DNA of 64,000 bases from an uncultured virus (IMG/VR IMGVR_UViG_3300035181_003152) (lineage: Duplodnaviria; Heunggongvirae; Uroviricota; Caudoviricetes): IMG/VR virus record IMGVR_UViG_3300035181_003152, one strand, 5' to 3'. The translations under genes and the position numbers were made by a program. The notes beneath the pieces were generated by a model. That model made no database searches and had not been told where the DNA came from. It saw only the letters and a list, made by a program, of their open reading frames with translations. How positions within the stretch are numbered: the first letter of the stretch is position 1; each line of letters begins with the position of its first letter. Shown in pieces: positions 56,307 through 64,000 of this stretch.

Positions 56307-57674
56307 GTGGAAAGACAATACGTTCGCCCGCTGTCGGGCGCCGAGGTTCGCGACCAGGATCTCACCGCAATGGCCGACGCTGGCGCCTTTGCCGACGATC
56401 GCACGCTGTGGGAGCTGCTGAGGTTGCAGCCTGGCAGCGCGACGCCGGATCGCGGGATCCTGCCCTACGCGGTGCGCGGCGCGGGTATCCCGGCGCTCGG
56501 CGACGGCTTCGCAGCCGCCATGCACAACACCGCTCTGGTGCAGGGCAACACGAGCAACGGCAGCGTTCGCGTGATGCCGTTCCGCGCCATCATCGGCTCG
56601 ACGACGCTCTTCGCCACGAGCCCAGTGGAGAAGCTCCGGGGCATCCGGAGCGGCTACCACGTCGGCTCGACCTCGATGTATTCGACGGTGGCCATCGCGG
56701 CCAACGCCACGGGCAACCCGCGCTGGACGCTGGTCTATGCCATCGTCGCGCCCAACGCCGACGGCGACACGGTCACGCTCAAGGCCAAGGCGCTGAGCGG
56801 CGGCGCGCTCTCGGACCAGACGATCGTCGTCAACAAGCTCACCACGGTCACGGTCACGTCGCTGGACGGTACCGCCGGAGCCAACCCGACGCGGCCGGCT
56901 CTGCCGGCGGATGGCGCGGGGCTCTACTACATCCCCCTCGCGTACCTGTTCATCCCGACGGGGTTCGGCGCATCGTCCAGCGTACTCTTCTCGCAGATCC
57001 ACGAGCACGCGCCGGTGCTGACGATGTCGCCCGCGATGGGCGGCGCGTCGATGATGCCGGCGTCGGAGCAGAGCAGGATCGGCGGCGTTGTCGACCTCGC
57101 GCAGAACCCCAACAGGAACGCCGCGAAGCGGACTGGTGCGTACCTGCCGAGCACGATGGTGGGCTGCGAGTCGGTTTTCATCCTTCTGCAGCTCGGTCTC
57201 TCGCCGGCGTCGCACGCCGACGGGGCGATTGTCGACAGCTCACGTGATTGGCGACAGCGCTACTTCACCTGGTCAACGTTCGTCGCTGCTGGGACCACGT
57301 CAGTGGCCGCCTTCGTGAGCGATGGCAACGGGACCGGCGCCGCGGGCGCCTTCACCCGAGCGCCGTCGGCATTCTCGTCCAGCGGCCTCGGCGGCCCCGG
57401 CGTGAATACGATGACCGGCTGGGGGCAGTCGTTCTTCAACGACTATCCGAGCGGCGCGATCGTGACATGCTCTGGCGTCGCCTTCGCGCTCGGCGGCTCC
57501 ACGTCGGTCGACAACACCAAGCCGGCCTGCACGGCGCTCGGTACGACGGGTGCAATCGTGCTGCTCTACGTCGAGAGCACCACGGGGAACCTCATCATGA
57601 AGCTGATCGGTTCGCCGTCGGGCCAGCTGCTGGTCAAGCTCGATGCCACGGCTCAGTTCTCGAACAGCTTCTAG
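56307..57674 (+). CDS. Putative tail fibre/baseplate-attached protein
   Basis: Position; NPRWTLVY, GTAGANPTRPALP, IPLAYLFIP. Confidence 0.65.
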   Translation: MERQYVRPLSGAEVRDQDLTAMADAGAFADDRTLWELLRLQPGSATPDRGILPYAVRGAGIPALGDGFAAAMHNTALVQGNTSNGSVRVMPFRAIIGSTTLFATSPVEKLRGIRSGYHVGSTSMYSTVAIAANATGNPRWTLVYAIVAPNADGDTVTLKAKALSGGALSDQTIVVNKLTTVTVTSLDGTAGANPTRPALPADGAGLYYIPLAYLFIPTGFGASSSVLFSQIHEHAPVLTMSPAMGGASMMPASEQSRIGGVVDLAQNPNRNAAKRTGAYLPSTMVGCESVFILLQLGLSPASHADGAIVDSSRDWRQRYFTWSTFVAAGTTSVAAFVSDGNGTGAAGAFTRAPSAFSSSGLGGPGVNTMTGWGQSFFNDYPSGAIVTCSGVAFALGGSTSVDNTKPACTALGTTGAIVLLYVESTTGNLIMKLIGSPSGQLLVKLDATAQFSNSF

Positions 57675-58351
57675 GGACTGAGGGGGGGACAGCACCAGAG
57701 CAACGTGCCGTCCGGCGCGGGGACGAAGCTCCCGCCGGCCACGTTGAGCTGGCAGCCCACCGGGACATGCGCATCCTTGTCGATATCCCCGCAGTACCAG
57801 GGGGTGAGCGTGTCAACGCCGCCTGCGCATGCGAGGTCTGCCTTGTTGGGGTTCTGCCACTTGTGAGCATCCGAGCAGGCGCACGTCCCGGTGGGGTCGC
57901 AGTGGAGCCAGGGATTGCCACCGCATGTCGTATCGCACGCGATCTCCCCGCCGCAGCCGTCGGGCTCGGTACCGCAGTGGTGGACGTCGCACGCTGTCTT
58001 AGGCGCGCAGCACGCGCCGTCGGCGCACACCTGGTTCACGGAGCACCGCGCTCCGCACACCACCGTCGAGCCGCAGCCGTCATCGACCTCGCCGCACGTC
58101 GCGGCGCCGCACGCGGCAGAACTCGGCACGCACGGCGTTCCGCCGGCCCCGCCCTCGCCGCTCGAACTGCTCGACGACGAGGTGCCACCGGTACCGCTGA
58201 TCGAGCTTGAGCTTGAGCTTGAGCTGCTCGACGCTCCCGTCACCACATGGTGGACAACGACGGGCCCGAAGAGGTCGGCGTCGTCGATGTAGCTGCACCC
58301 CGCGAGGCACGCGATCAGCGCGCACACGATCGCCCACGTCCCTCGATCCAT
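57671..58351 (-). CDS. Cys-rich lipoprotein (myxobacterial-type), moron
   Basis: Lipobox LAGC, Ser/Gly linker, repeated CG...DGCG....C. Confidence 0.8.
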   Translation of the reverse strand: MDRGTWAIVCALIACLAGCSYIDDADLFGPVVVHHVVTGASSSSSSSSSSISGTGGTSSSSSSSGEGGAGGTPCVPSSAACGAATCGEVDDGCGSTVVCGARCSVNQVCADGACCAPKTACDVHHCGTEPDGCGGEIACDTTCGGNPWLHCDPTGTCACSDAHKWQNPNKADLACAGGVDTLTPWYCGDIDKDAHVPVGCQLNVAGGSFVPAPDGTLLWCCPPLSP

Positions 58352-58358
58352 GAATCCG

Positions 58359-58386
58359 AGGGTAGGACGCGCGACGTCGGCGTCAA
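58359..58386 (-). promoter_or_regulatory. sigma70-type promoter, leaderless
   Basis: TTGACG-16-TACCCT, 7 nt before the ATG. Confidence 0.55.
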
Positions 58387-58405
58387 TACGTTGGATTTTC
58401 GACGC

Positions 58406-58900
58406 TCAGTGGCGCGTAGCGTCAAACGTTCTTGATTTAGGCTCGCGCTGGGACTCGCCGCCGCAGGGCACGCTGAGCCGAGGCGCCATCAACCCGCCTG
58501 AAATCGCCACCTGCTCTGGCGCGTCATTCGCCGCGGCCGTCACGTCCACGCCGTCGGGCACGGTCTGGCGCGCCGGCCTCTTCGCTGCCTTCTTGGCCTG
58601 TTTGGCCTCCCACGTGGCGATGTCTGCCCGCTCCTTGGCGCACCGCTCGGCCAGTGCGGTGGCCGCTCTCTCTTCCTCGACCTGCACTGCGGCAGCGGCT
58701 TTCTCCTCGTTGACGGCGCGCTTGGTGGCGTCCGCCTGGAGCTGCGCCGTCTTCGCTCGGGCGAGGTCCGCCTGCGCGTCGAGCGCACGCACCTGCGCCG
58801 CTACGACAGCCGGATCCGGGGCTGAGCTGGCCGGTAGCGGTGCTGCCGCCGGCGGAGCCGAGCAGCCGGCAAGAAGGACAAGAAGAACGAGACGTCGCAT
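58406..58900 (-). CDS. Lipoprotein with coiled coil, moron
   Basis: MRRLVLLVLLAGC lipobox. Confidence 0.75.
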   Translation of the reverse strand: MRRLVLLVLLAGCSAPPAAAPLPASSAPDPAVVAAQVRALDAQADLARAKTAQLQADATKRAVNEEKAAAAVQVEEERAATALAERCAKERADIATWEAKQAKKAAKRPARQTVPDGVDVTAAANDAPEQVAISGGLMAPRLSVPCGGESQREPKSRTFDATRH

Positions 58901-58906
58901 CTGGCG

Positions 58907-58936
58907 AGGCTACGAGCGCCGCGCCAGCACCGTCAA
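58907..58936 (-). promoter_or_regulatory. sigma70-type promoter, leaderless
   Basis: TTGACG-18-TAGCCT, 6 nt before the ATG. Confidence 0.55.
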
Positions 58937-58993
58937 CACCTGCTCCTTAAGCTCCCCACCCTCTTCGCTGCCTTCGCGCGGCGCTGGTGACCC

Positions 58994-60142
58994 ATGTCCA
59001 CGTTCCGATCCACGCTCGTCCCCGACGCCCCGATCGTCCCCTCGGCGCGAAAGCCTTTCGACGACGTCGCCCGCCAGGAGGCCGACGCGCGCGCGCTCGC
59101 CTCGCAGCTCTTCCTGGCCGAGTGCCTCATCGCGGGCACCGCGGCCGCGTGGGTCAAGCTCGACGTCACCAGCGTGGCGGTGGTCAAGGGCGACGTCCTC
59201 GTGCGCACCAGCGCGAACTCGGCGCTCACCGTCACCCGCGCCGACGCCTCGCCGCTCGCGGCCGCGGGCATCCCCTACGGCATCGCCGTCCGCGCGGCCG
59301 CACCCGGCGCCAATGTCCTCGTCGCCTTCGACGGCGTCGTCGGGCCGGACGTCACCGGGCTCGCCGCCTCGAGCCCGGGGCCGGTGCGTGTCGCCGCCTT
59401 CCGCGCTGCGCAGGTCTCCGCCCTCGTCGGCGGTGACTTCCCCCTGGGTTACGTCGACGCTGCCGGCTGGCTCACGTTCGCGCGCGGGCTGGCGGTCGGC
59501 TCGCCGGCGGCAGGCACTGCGGGTAACCCCGGCGGCGACGGCAGCCCCGTCACGATCGTCGGCGGCGCGCCGGGGGACGCCAGTCACAAGAGCGGCGCCG
59601 TGCAGGTCCAGCTCGGCACCCCGGGCACGACCGACGGGCACACCGGCCAGTTCGCGGTCCTCGCCGGCTCCGTAGGAACGGCGCTCACAGTCGAGTACGA
59701 TGATGGCTCTGTCTCCGGCCTCCAGGGCGTCAAAATTGACGTCCCCAGCGCGTTTACGCAGCTCAATGGCGACTTGGCGGTCACCGGCGGGCTGGCTGTA
59801 GGCGGAGGGCTCAACGTCGGCGGAGCTCTCGCGACGGCCGCGCCGGTAGCCTCACCATCAGGAGCCACCTACACAGCGAGTTCCGCAGCAGGGAACACAC
59901 TCACGATCAGCGTCTCCGGAGGCATCGCGATCTCCGTCAACGTGGCCAGCACGGGCATCCAGTTCGAGATCTTCATCATTCAGGACAGCGCCGGCAGCCA
60001 TGCCGTTACGTGGAACGCCGCCGTGAAGTTCGCCACCGGCGTGAGCAACGCGGCCTCGCTCACGGCCAACGGCAAGACGTGGTTCCAGATTCGTTTCCTT
60101 GGCGGCGTCGCCTACGTCGTCGCGCGCGCCGTCCTCTCCTGA
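58994..60142 (+). CDS. Putative fibre/virion structural protein
   Basis: Gly-rich shaft (GDLAVTGGLAVGGGLNVGG); C-terminal IIQDSAGSHAVTW domain. Confidence 0.65.
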   Translation: MSTFRSTLVPDAPIVPSARKPFDDVARQEADARALASQLFLAECLIAGTAAAWVKLDVTSVAVVKGDVLVRTSANSALTVTRADASPLAAAGIPYGIAVRAAAPGANVLVAFDGVVGPDVTGLAASSPGPVRVAAFRAAQVSALVGGDFPLGYVDAAGWLTFARGLAVGSPAAGTAGNPGGDGSPVTIVGGAPGDASHKSGAVQVQLGTPGTTDGHTGQFAVLAGSVGTALTVEYDDGSVSGLQGVKIDVPSAFTQLNGDLAVTGGLAVGGGLNVGGALATAAPVASPSGATYTASSAAGNTLTISVSGGIAISVNVASTGIQFEIFIIQDSAGSHAVTWNAAVKFATGVSNAASLTANGKTWFQIRFLGGVAYVVARAVLS

Positions 60143-60181
60143 TCCATCCCCGATCCCCACCGCCCTCGGAGTCCACCGCCC

Positions 60182-60532
60182 ATGAAAGCCCAGTACCTCT
60201 CCGCATTTCGCCGCTTCGCCGATGGCGCCGTGCTGGCCATGTTCGGCCTCGACGATCGCGGCGCGCTCCGCACGGCCAGCGAACCGTGGAGTGGGCTGGA
60301 GACCGTGGACCTCAGCTCGGCCGACGCCGTCTACACGTCGGCCACCGGCTGGCCGAGGAGCATCCGCGCCACCGCGGCCGGCAACGTCAAGGTGGACTGT
60401 CTCAAGGGCGATGGCACCGCGCAAACCGGCCTGGTCATCGCGGTGACCGACTTCGAGAACCTGCCGCTTAGCCACGTCACCAAGATCTGGAAGGTGGGCA
60501 CGACGGCCACCGGCCTGTTCGTGGGCTTCTGA
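60182..60532 (+). CDS. Hypothetical virion-associated protein
   Basis: PRSI....AGNVKV...LPL..VTKIW..GTTATGL. Confidence 0.65.
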   Translation: MKAQYLSAFRRFADGAVLAMFGLDDRGALRTASEPWSGLETVDLSSADAVYTSATGWPRSIRATAAGNVKVDCLKGDGTAQTGLVIAVTDFENLPLSHVTKIWKVGTTATGLFVGF

Positions 60533-62379
60533 TGATCGGCGTAGGTATTGGACCGGGGTTTGGCGCACGGCGGGCGGCTGTCCCCGGCCTGCGTCTCGAC
60601 TTCGGCTCGGCGGCGAGCTCGTACTCCGGCCTCGTGGCGACGACGACGGGCAGCGTGTACCTCCAGGCGGCCGGCGTCCCTGTCCTCGCGACGGGCGCCA
60701 CCAACCCGCTCTGGGAGGACCTCGGCGGCAACGAGGGCGGCGGCGTCCACGTCTTTTCGAGCACCGTCAACGCCGCGCCGAGCCCGATCGACTTTCGCAC
60801 GTCGGCAGGCTGGACGAACAGCGGCGGTATCGCGATCACCAACGCGGCTGTCCTCGGGCCCGATGGGCTGACGATGGCGCAGAGCGTGGCCGACACCGTG
60901 ACCAACGATGAGTCGCAGGTGCTCTATCTGTTCCCGGGCGGCGCTCAGGGACAGTACGCCTCGTGCTGGATCAAAGACGATGCGTCGAATCCGCCCAACG
61001 ACTTCTTTTCGCTGCAAAAGGGCAACTACACCGGCATCCACCAGCCGCACTACGCCGGATGGACGCGCGTCACGAACTACGACGTGGCCGGCTCGGCCAC
61101 GTACACCGGCTTTGCGCCGTCGGGTACGACGTCAGTCAACGGCGCGACCCTTACCGGCCTCGGCGCGACGTGCGTGTGGGGTTTCCAATCCGTCGTTGGG
61201 CCGCTGTCGCCGCCGCTGATTTCGAGCGGCACCGCGGCTGCCGCAAAGACGCTCGACGCGTCCGCGTGCGCAAAGGCCATCGACAAGAACGGCGCGCTGG
61301 ATTTCCAGGTCACCGTGGCCCCCGGAGCGGGCGACCGTTCGGGCTCGCAAGGCGTCAACCTCGACCTCGGCGACCTCCAGGTGGTGCCGAGCTACTTCCT
61401 CTGGTCGTTCACCACGACGGACGGGCGCTCCTCGCTCCGGTACATGCAGGGCACGGGCGGCGCGCCCGGGTTCTACACGCTCGAGGTCCGCGGCGTCGAC
61501 GTCGGCAGCACGCCGACGAACGGACACACCGGCATTTTCGGCAGCGGACAAGCCATCACCCTGCGGTGCTGGTACAACCCCGCCACGACGAGCGCTGGTA
61601 TCCGCGTGAGCGTCAACGGCTGCTACATGTCGGACGTGGCGATTACGGCGTCTGGCACAGCGCTCGTGCGGCCCTCGACGATCTACCTCGGCACCAACGG
61701 AGGCTCATCCACGGCAGCGATGGTCGGTCGTTTCACGAAGTCGCCGACGCGCACGCTGCTCGCGGGCGCCGCGCCCGAGTTCCTGTTTCTCGGCGACTCC
61801 ATCATGGGCGACCTCGGCGTGACGTACATGCCGGTCGGCTCGTGGATCTACACCGCAGCCGAGATGGGCACGCGCCCCGGGATTGGCTCGCTCGCGGTCT
61901 CCGGCAACACGGTTCAAAACCAGCTTAACTTCTTCAACGCGTCGGCGTGGAAGACGGCGGCGGTCAAGGCCGTGGTGGTCCAGGTCGGCATCAACGACAT
62001 CAACACCGGCGCTACGGCGGCAGCGACGATTGCCAGCCTTCAAGCGCTGGCCACCGCGATCAAGACGGCCATTCCGCTGGCGAAGGTCGTGCTCTGTCAG
62101 CTGCTCCCCTGCTCGACGTTTCTGACGAACACGTTTGGCGCGGCCTATCAAACGAAGTGGGTCGCGGTCAACGACGCTATCGCCGGTCGCGGGGGCACGC
62201 CGATCACGGGCGTCGACTACCGCGCTCTGACGGGCGACGTCGGCAGCACGCTCAACGACGGAGCCAACAACATCCCGACTGGGTATCGTCTCGCCGATGG
62301 CCTGCACACCAACACCAACGGCCGGGTCGCCAACGCGGTATACGCCCGCGCGGGGCTGCACTCGCTCGGCCTCATCTGA
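60532..62379 (+). CDS. Fibre/spike protein with C-terminal SGNH/GDSL esterase
   Basis: Blocks FLGDS, VSGN, VGIND, DGLH. Confidence 0.85.
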   Translation: MIGVGIGPGFGARRAAVPGLRLDFGSAASSYSGLVATTTGSVYLQAAGVPVLATGATNPLWEDLGGNEGGGVHVFSSTVNAAPSPIDFRTSAGWTNSGGIAITNAAVLGPDGLTMAQSVADTVTNDESQVLYLFPGGAQGQYASCWIKDDASNPPNDFFSLQKGNYTGIHQPHYAGWTRVTNYDVAGSATYTGFAPSGTTSVNGATLTGLGATCVWGFQSVVGPLSPPLISSGTAAAAKTLDASACAKAIDKNGALDFQVTVAPGAGDRSGSQGVNLDLGDLQVVPSYFLWSFTTTDGRSSLRYMQGTGGAPGFYTLEVRGVDVGSTPTNGHTGIFGSGQAITLRCWYNPATTSAGIRVSVNGCYMSDVAITASGTALVRPSTIYLGTNGGSSTAAMVGRFTKSPTRTLLAGAAPEFLFLGDSIMGDLGVTYMPVGSWIYTAAEMGTRPGIGSLAVSGNTVQNQLNFFNASAWKTAAVKAVVVQVGINDINTGATAAATIASLQALATAIKTAIPLAKVVLCQLLPCSTFLTNTFGAAYQTKWVAVNDAIAGRGGTPITGVDYRALTGDVGSTLNDGANNIPTGYRLADGLHTNTNGRVANAVYARAGLHSLGLI

Positions 62380-62478
62380 TCCACGCCCGCTCGACGAGGT
62401 AACCGCCATGAAAATCAGCACACGATCGGCCCGCCTGTGAGCAGCGACCTGGCCCCGACCTCGACGCCGCACACCATC

Positions 62479-62922
62479 ATGGATTGGATCATCTTCGGCG
62501 CCTCGGTCGGCGGCGCGGCCGTCGCCGGCGCCGTGGGCCAGGCGTTCGGCCTCAGCAAGAGGATCGCCGCCCTCGAGCTGCAGCTCAAGGACACCCCCTC
62601 AGCCAAGAGCGAACTCGCCGCGGTGAAGGACACCACGGCTCAGCAGGTGGCCGCGGGGCTGGCCAGCGTGCGGGGCGAGCTCGCCGCGGTCGCGCAGCGT
62701 GCAGAGCTCGCGGTGGCCACGGCCCAGGCGGCGGCCGCGGGCGCTGGCGATCCGCGCGCACTGCGCCTCGCCATCGCCGACGAGCTGGCGCGCGACATGC
62801 GTATTCAGACGCACGACAGGGAGATCGAGCGCCTCCGCGACGCGGCCGACAAGGGCGCCGACAACACGCTCCGGATGAGCGGCGCAATCGAGCGCATCGG
62901 CGCCACGCTCGAGAGGCTGTGA
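62479..62922 (+). CDS. Membrane-anchored coiled-coil protein (possible holin/lysis accessory)
   Basis: N-terminal hydrophobic segment; position after the tail genes. Confidence 0.55.
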   Translation: MDWIIFGASVGGAAVAGAVGQAFGLSKRIAALELQLKDTPSAKSELAAVKDTTAQQVAAGLASVRGELAAVAQRAELAVATAQAAAAGAGDPRALRLAIADELARDMRIQTHDREIERLRDAADKGADNTLRMSGAIERIGATLERL

Positions 62923-62925
62923 GCC

Positions 62926-63186
62926 ATGTCCACGCGATCTCTCACCGCAGCGTTCGGCCCGCGGTCCGCCTGCGTGGCGGGCATCGAATACATCGAGCGC
63001 AAGCTCACCGAGGTGGTGCGCCGCCGCTCCGGACCGCCCGCGCTGCCCCTGCCGCCCCCGCGGCGCCTCGACGTTTCGATCGACGAGGAGCCGGAGCCGC
63101 ACGGGCGACTCGCCCTCCCGCCCGCGCGCGCCGTGGCCATCACCCTCGACGACGCGGTGGCCCACGACTGGCAGCCTGCGCGGTGA
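62926..63186 (+). CDS. Hypothetical protein
   Basis: TGA-GCC-ATG junction. Confidence 0.5.
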   Translation: MSTRSLTAAFGPRSACVAGIEYIERKLTEVVRRRSGPPALPLPPPRRLDVSIDEEPEPHGRLALPPARAVAITLDDAVAHDWQPAR

Positions 63187-63825
63187 TCAGACGGCGATCT
63201 TGGCGCGCATCCAATGCACGTGCGCGACGACGGCGGCGAGTTGCAGCGCGAGCAGGCCAATCCATACCAGCGGCCACGTCTCGCGGGGCTGGCCAGTCGC
63301 CGTGACGACCGCGAGCGCGCATGACTCGACGGCCAAATACAAGACCACGAGGTGCTGCGTGTTCGTGGCCCACGCGCGCGCGCGCAGCCAGATCGCCACA
63401 CCGGACCAGCCGATCAAGAGCGCGGCCCCCTTGATCGCGGGCGCCACCCACTTCGCGCGCGAGCCGGGGTACATCGCCACCACGGCGACCTCGGCGAGCA
63501 CGGCAGCGCCCACCAAGTGGCCCCACCGCCAGCCGGCGAAGATGACCCACGCCGCGAGGCCGATGGCCAGCGGACCGGCGAAATCACTGGCGCGGTCGAG
63601 CTCGTAGGCCACGCGCGCCACGCCGCCCAGCGGGTGCACGCGGCCGAGATGGTCGCGCACCACGCTCAGTCCAGCGCGCGCCGGGTCGACGAGCGCCAAG
63701 AACACCGCGAGCCGGACAAAGGGCCGGTGGTACGGCCGCCCAGCGCGGGCCACCACGACGGCCAGCGCGGCCACCACGAGCTCGAGCGCGTAGCCGAGCC
63801 ACGGCAGCCACGCCGGCGCCGTCAC
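63187..63825 (-). CDS. Multi-pass membrane protein
   Basis: About 6-7 hydrophobic segments; GTGA-coupled start. Confidence 0.7.
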   Translation of the reverse strand: MTAPAWLPWLGYALELVVAALAVVVARAGRPYHRPFVRLAVFLALVDPARAGLSVVRDHLGRVHPLGGVARVAYELDRASDFAGPLAIGLAAWVIFAGWRWGHLVGAAVLAEVAVVAMYPGSRAKWVAPAIKGAALLIGWSGVAIWLRARAWATNTQHLVVLYLAVESCALAVVTATGQPRETWPLVWIGLLALQLAAVVAHVHWMRAKIAV

Positions 63826-64000
63826 GCCGCCACGCAGAGCGCGAGGCGCGTGCCGTCGCAGAGGTCGACATCGACGAGCCACCACCTCGCCGCGCCCACG
63901 AGGATGGTGCCGTCGGCTTGCAGCACGCCCGCGGTGAGCAGGCGCAACGTCGACGGAGTGAACGACGCGTCAGGTCGTGTAGTGAGCGTCCAGTGACCCT
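63822..64000 (-). CDS. Partial ORF (5' end outside window)
   Basis: ...TLRLLTAGVLQADGTILVGAARWWLVDVDLCDGTRLALCVAA*; its TGA overlaps the next GTG. Confidence 0.45.
   Translation of the reverse strand, partial: GHWTLTTRPDASFTPSTLRLLTAGVLQADGTILVGAARWWLVDVDLCDGTRLALCVAA

Noticed and set aside
43598..57674. Stand-alone tailocin/eCIS
   Set aside because: Contiguous with terminase, portal and capsid genes, so it is a phage tail.
58200..58230. GAGCTT short tandem repeat
   Set aside because: Encodes the poly-Ser linker of the lipoprotein.
56307..62379. Diversity-generating retroelement or invertible tail-fibre cassette
   Set aside because: No reverse transcriptase, TR/VR pair, invertase or flanking inverted sites seen.
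62400..64000. Endolysin/complete lysis cassette and right att site
   Set aside because: No muralytic motif or second att core recognised; probably beyond the window.

Overview
The window is one continuous, very GC-rich (roughly 70% by eye) temperate myophage or prophage, missing its right end. The host is probably in Myxococcota. That is inferred from a myxobacterial-type Cys/sigma70-region-4 protein and a myxobacterial-type Cys-rich lipoprotein. Layout: (1) A tyrosine integrase whose 3' end contains a tRNA-3'-end att core (1-1434). (2) A tightly coupled leftward early operon: Xis-like, ASCH, DUF1643, Nudix fusion, pentapeptide repeat, PolB-type exonuclease, SMC-like ATPase, Sak4 (1431-13638). 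(3) An immunity switch with a shared ACAAC-N4-GTTGT operator, three XRE/Cro HTH genes and a degenerate ImmA/IrrE-like gene (13640-15400). (4) Rightward regulatory and replication genes followed by a structured non-coding putative origin (15392-28000). (5) A small-gene cluster that includes a RyR-domain protein and a stand-alone JAB/MPN protease (28010-33340). (6) Head and contractile-tail genes (33398-62379), interrupted by two antisense lipoprotein morons. Most striking observations: a three-repeat His/Asp module found in three different virion proteins; a helically phased CCAGT array flanked by hairpins inside the early operon; a phage JAB deconjugase; a two-variable-position 15-bp pentapeptide array; and two baseplate-J paralogs. 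All calls come from reading motifs by eye. No database searches were run.
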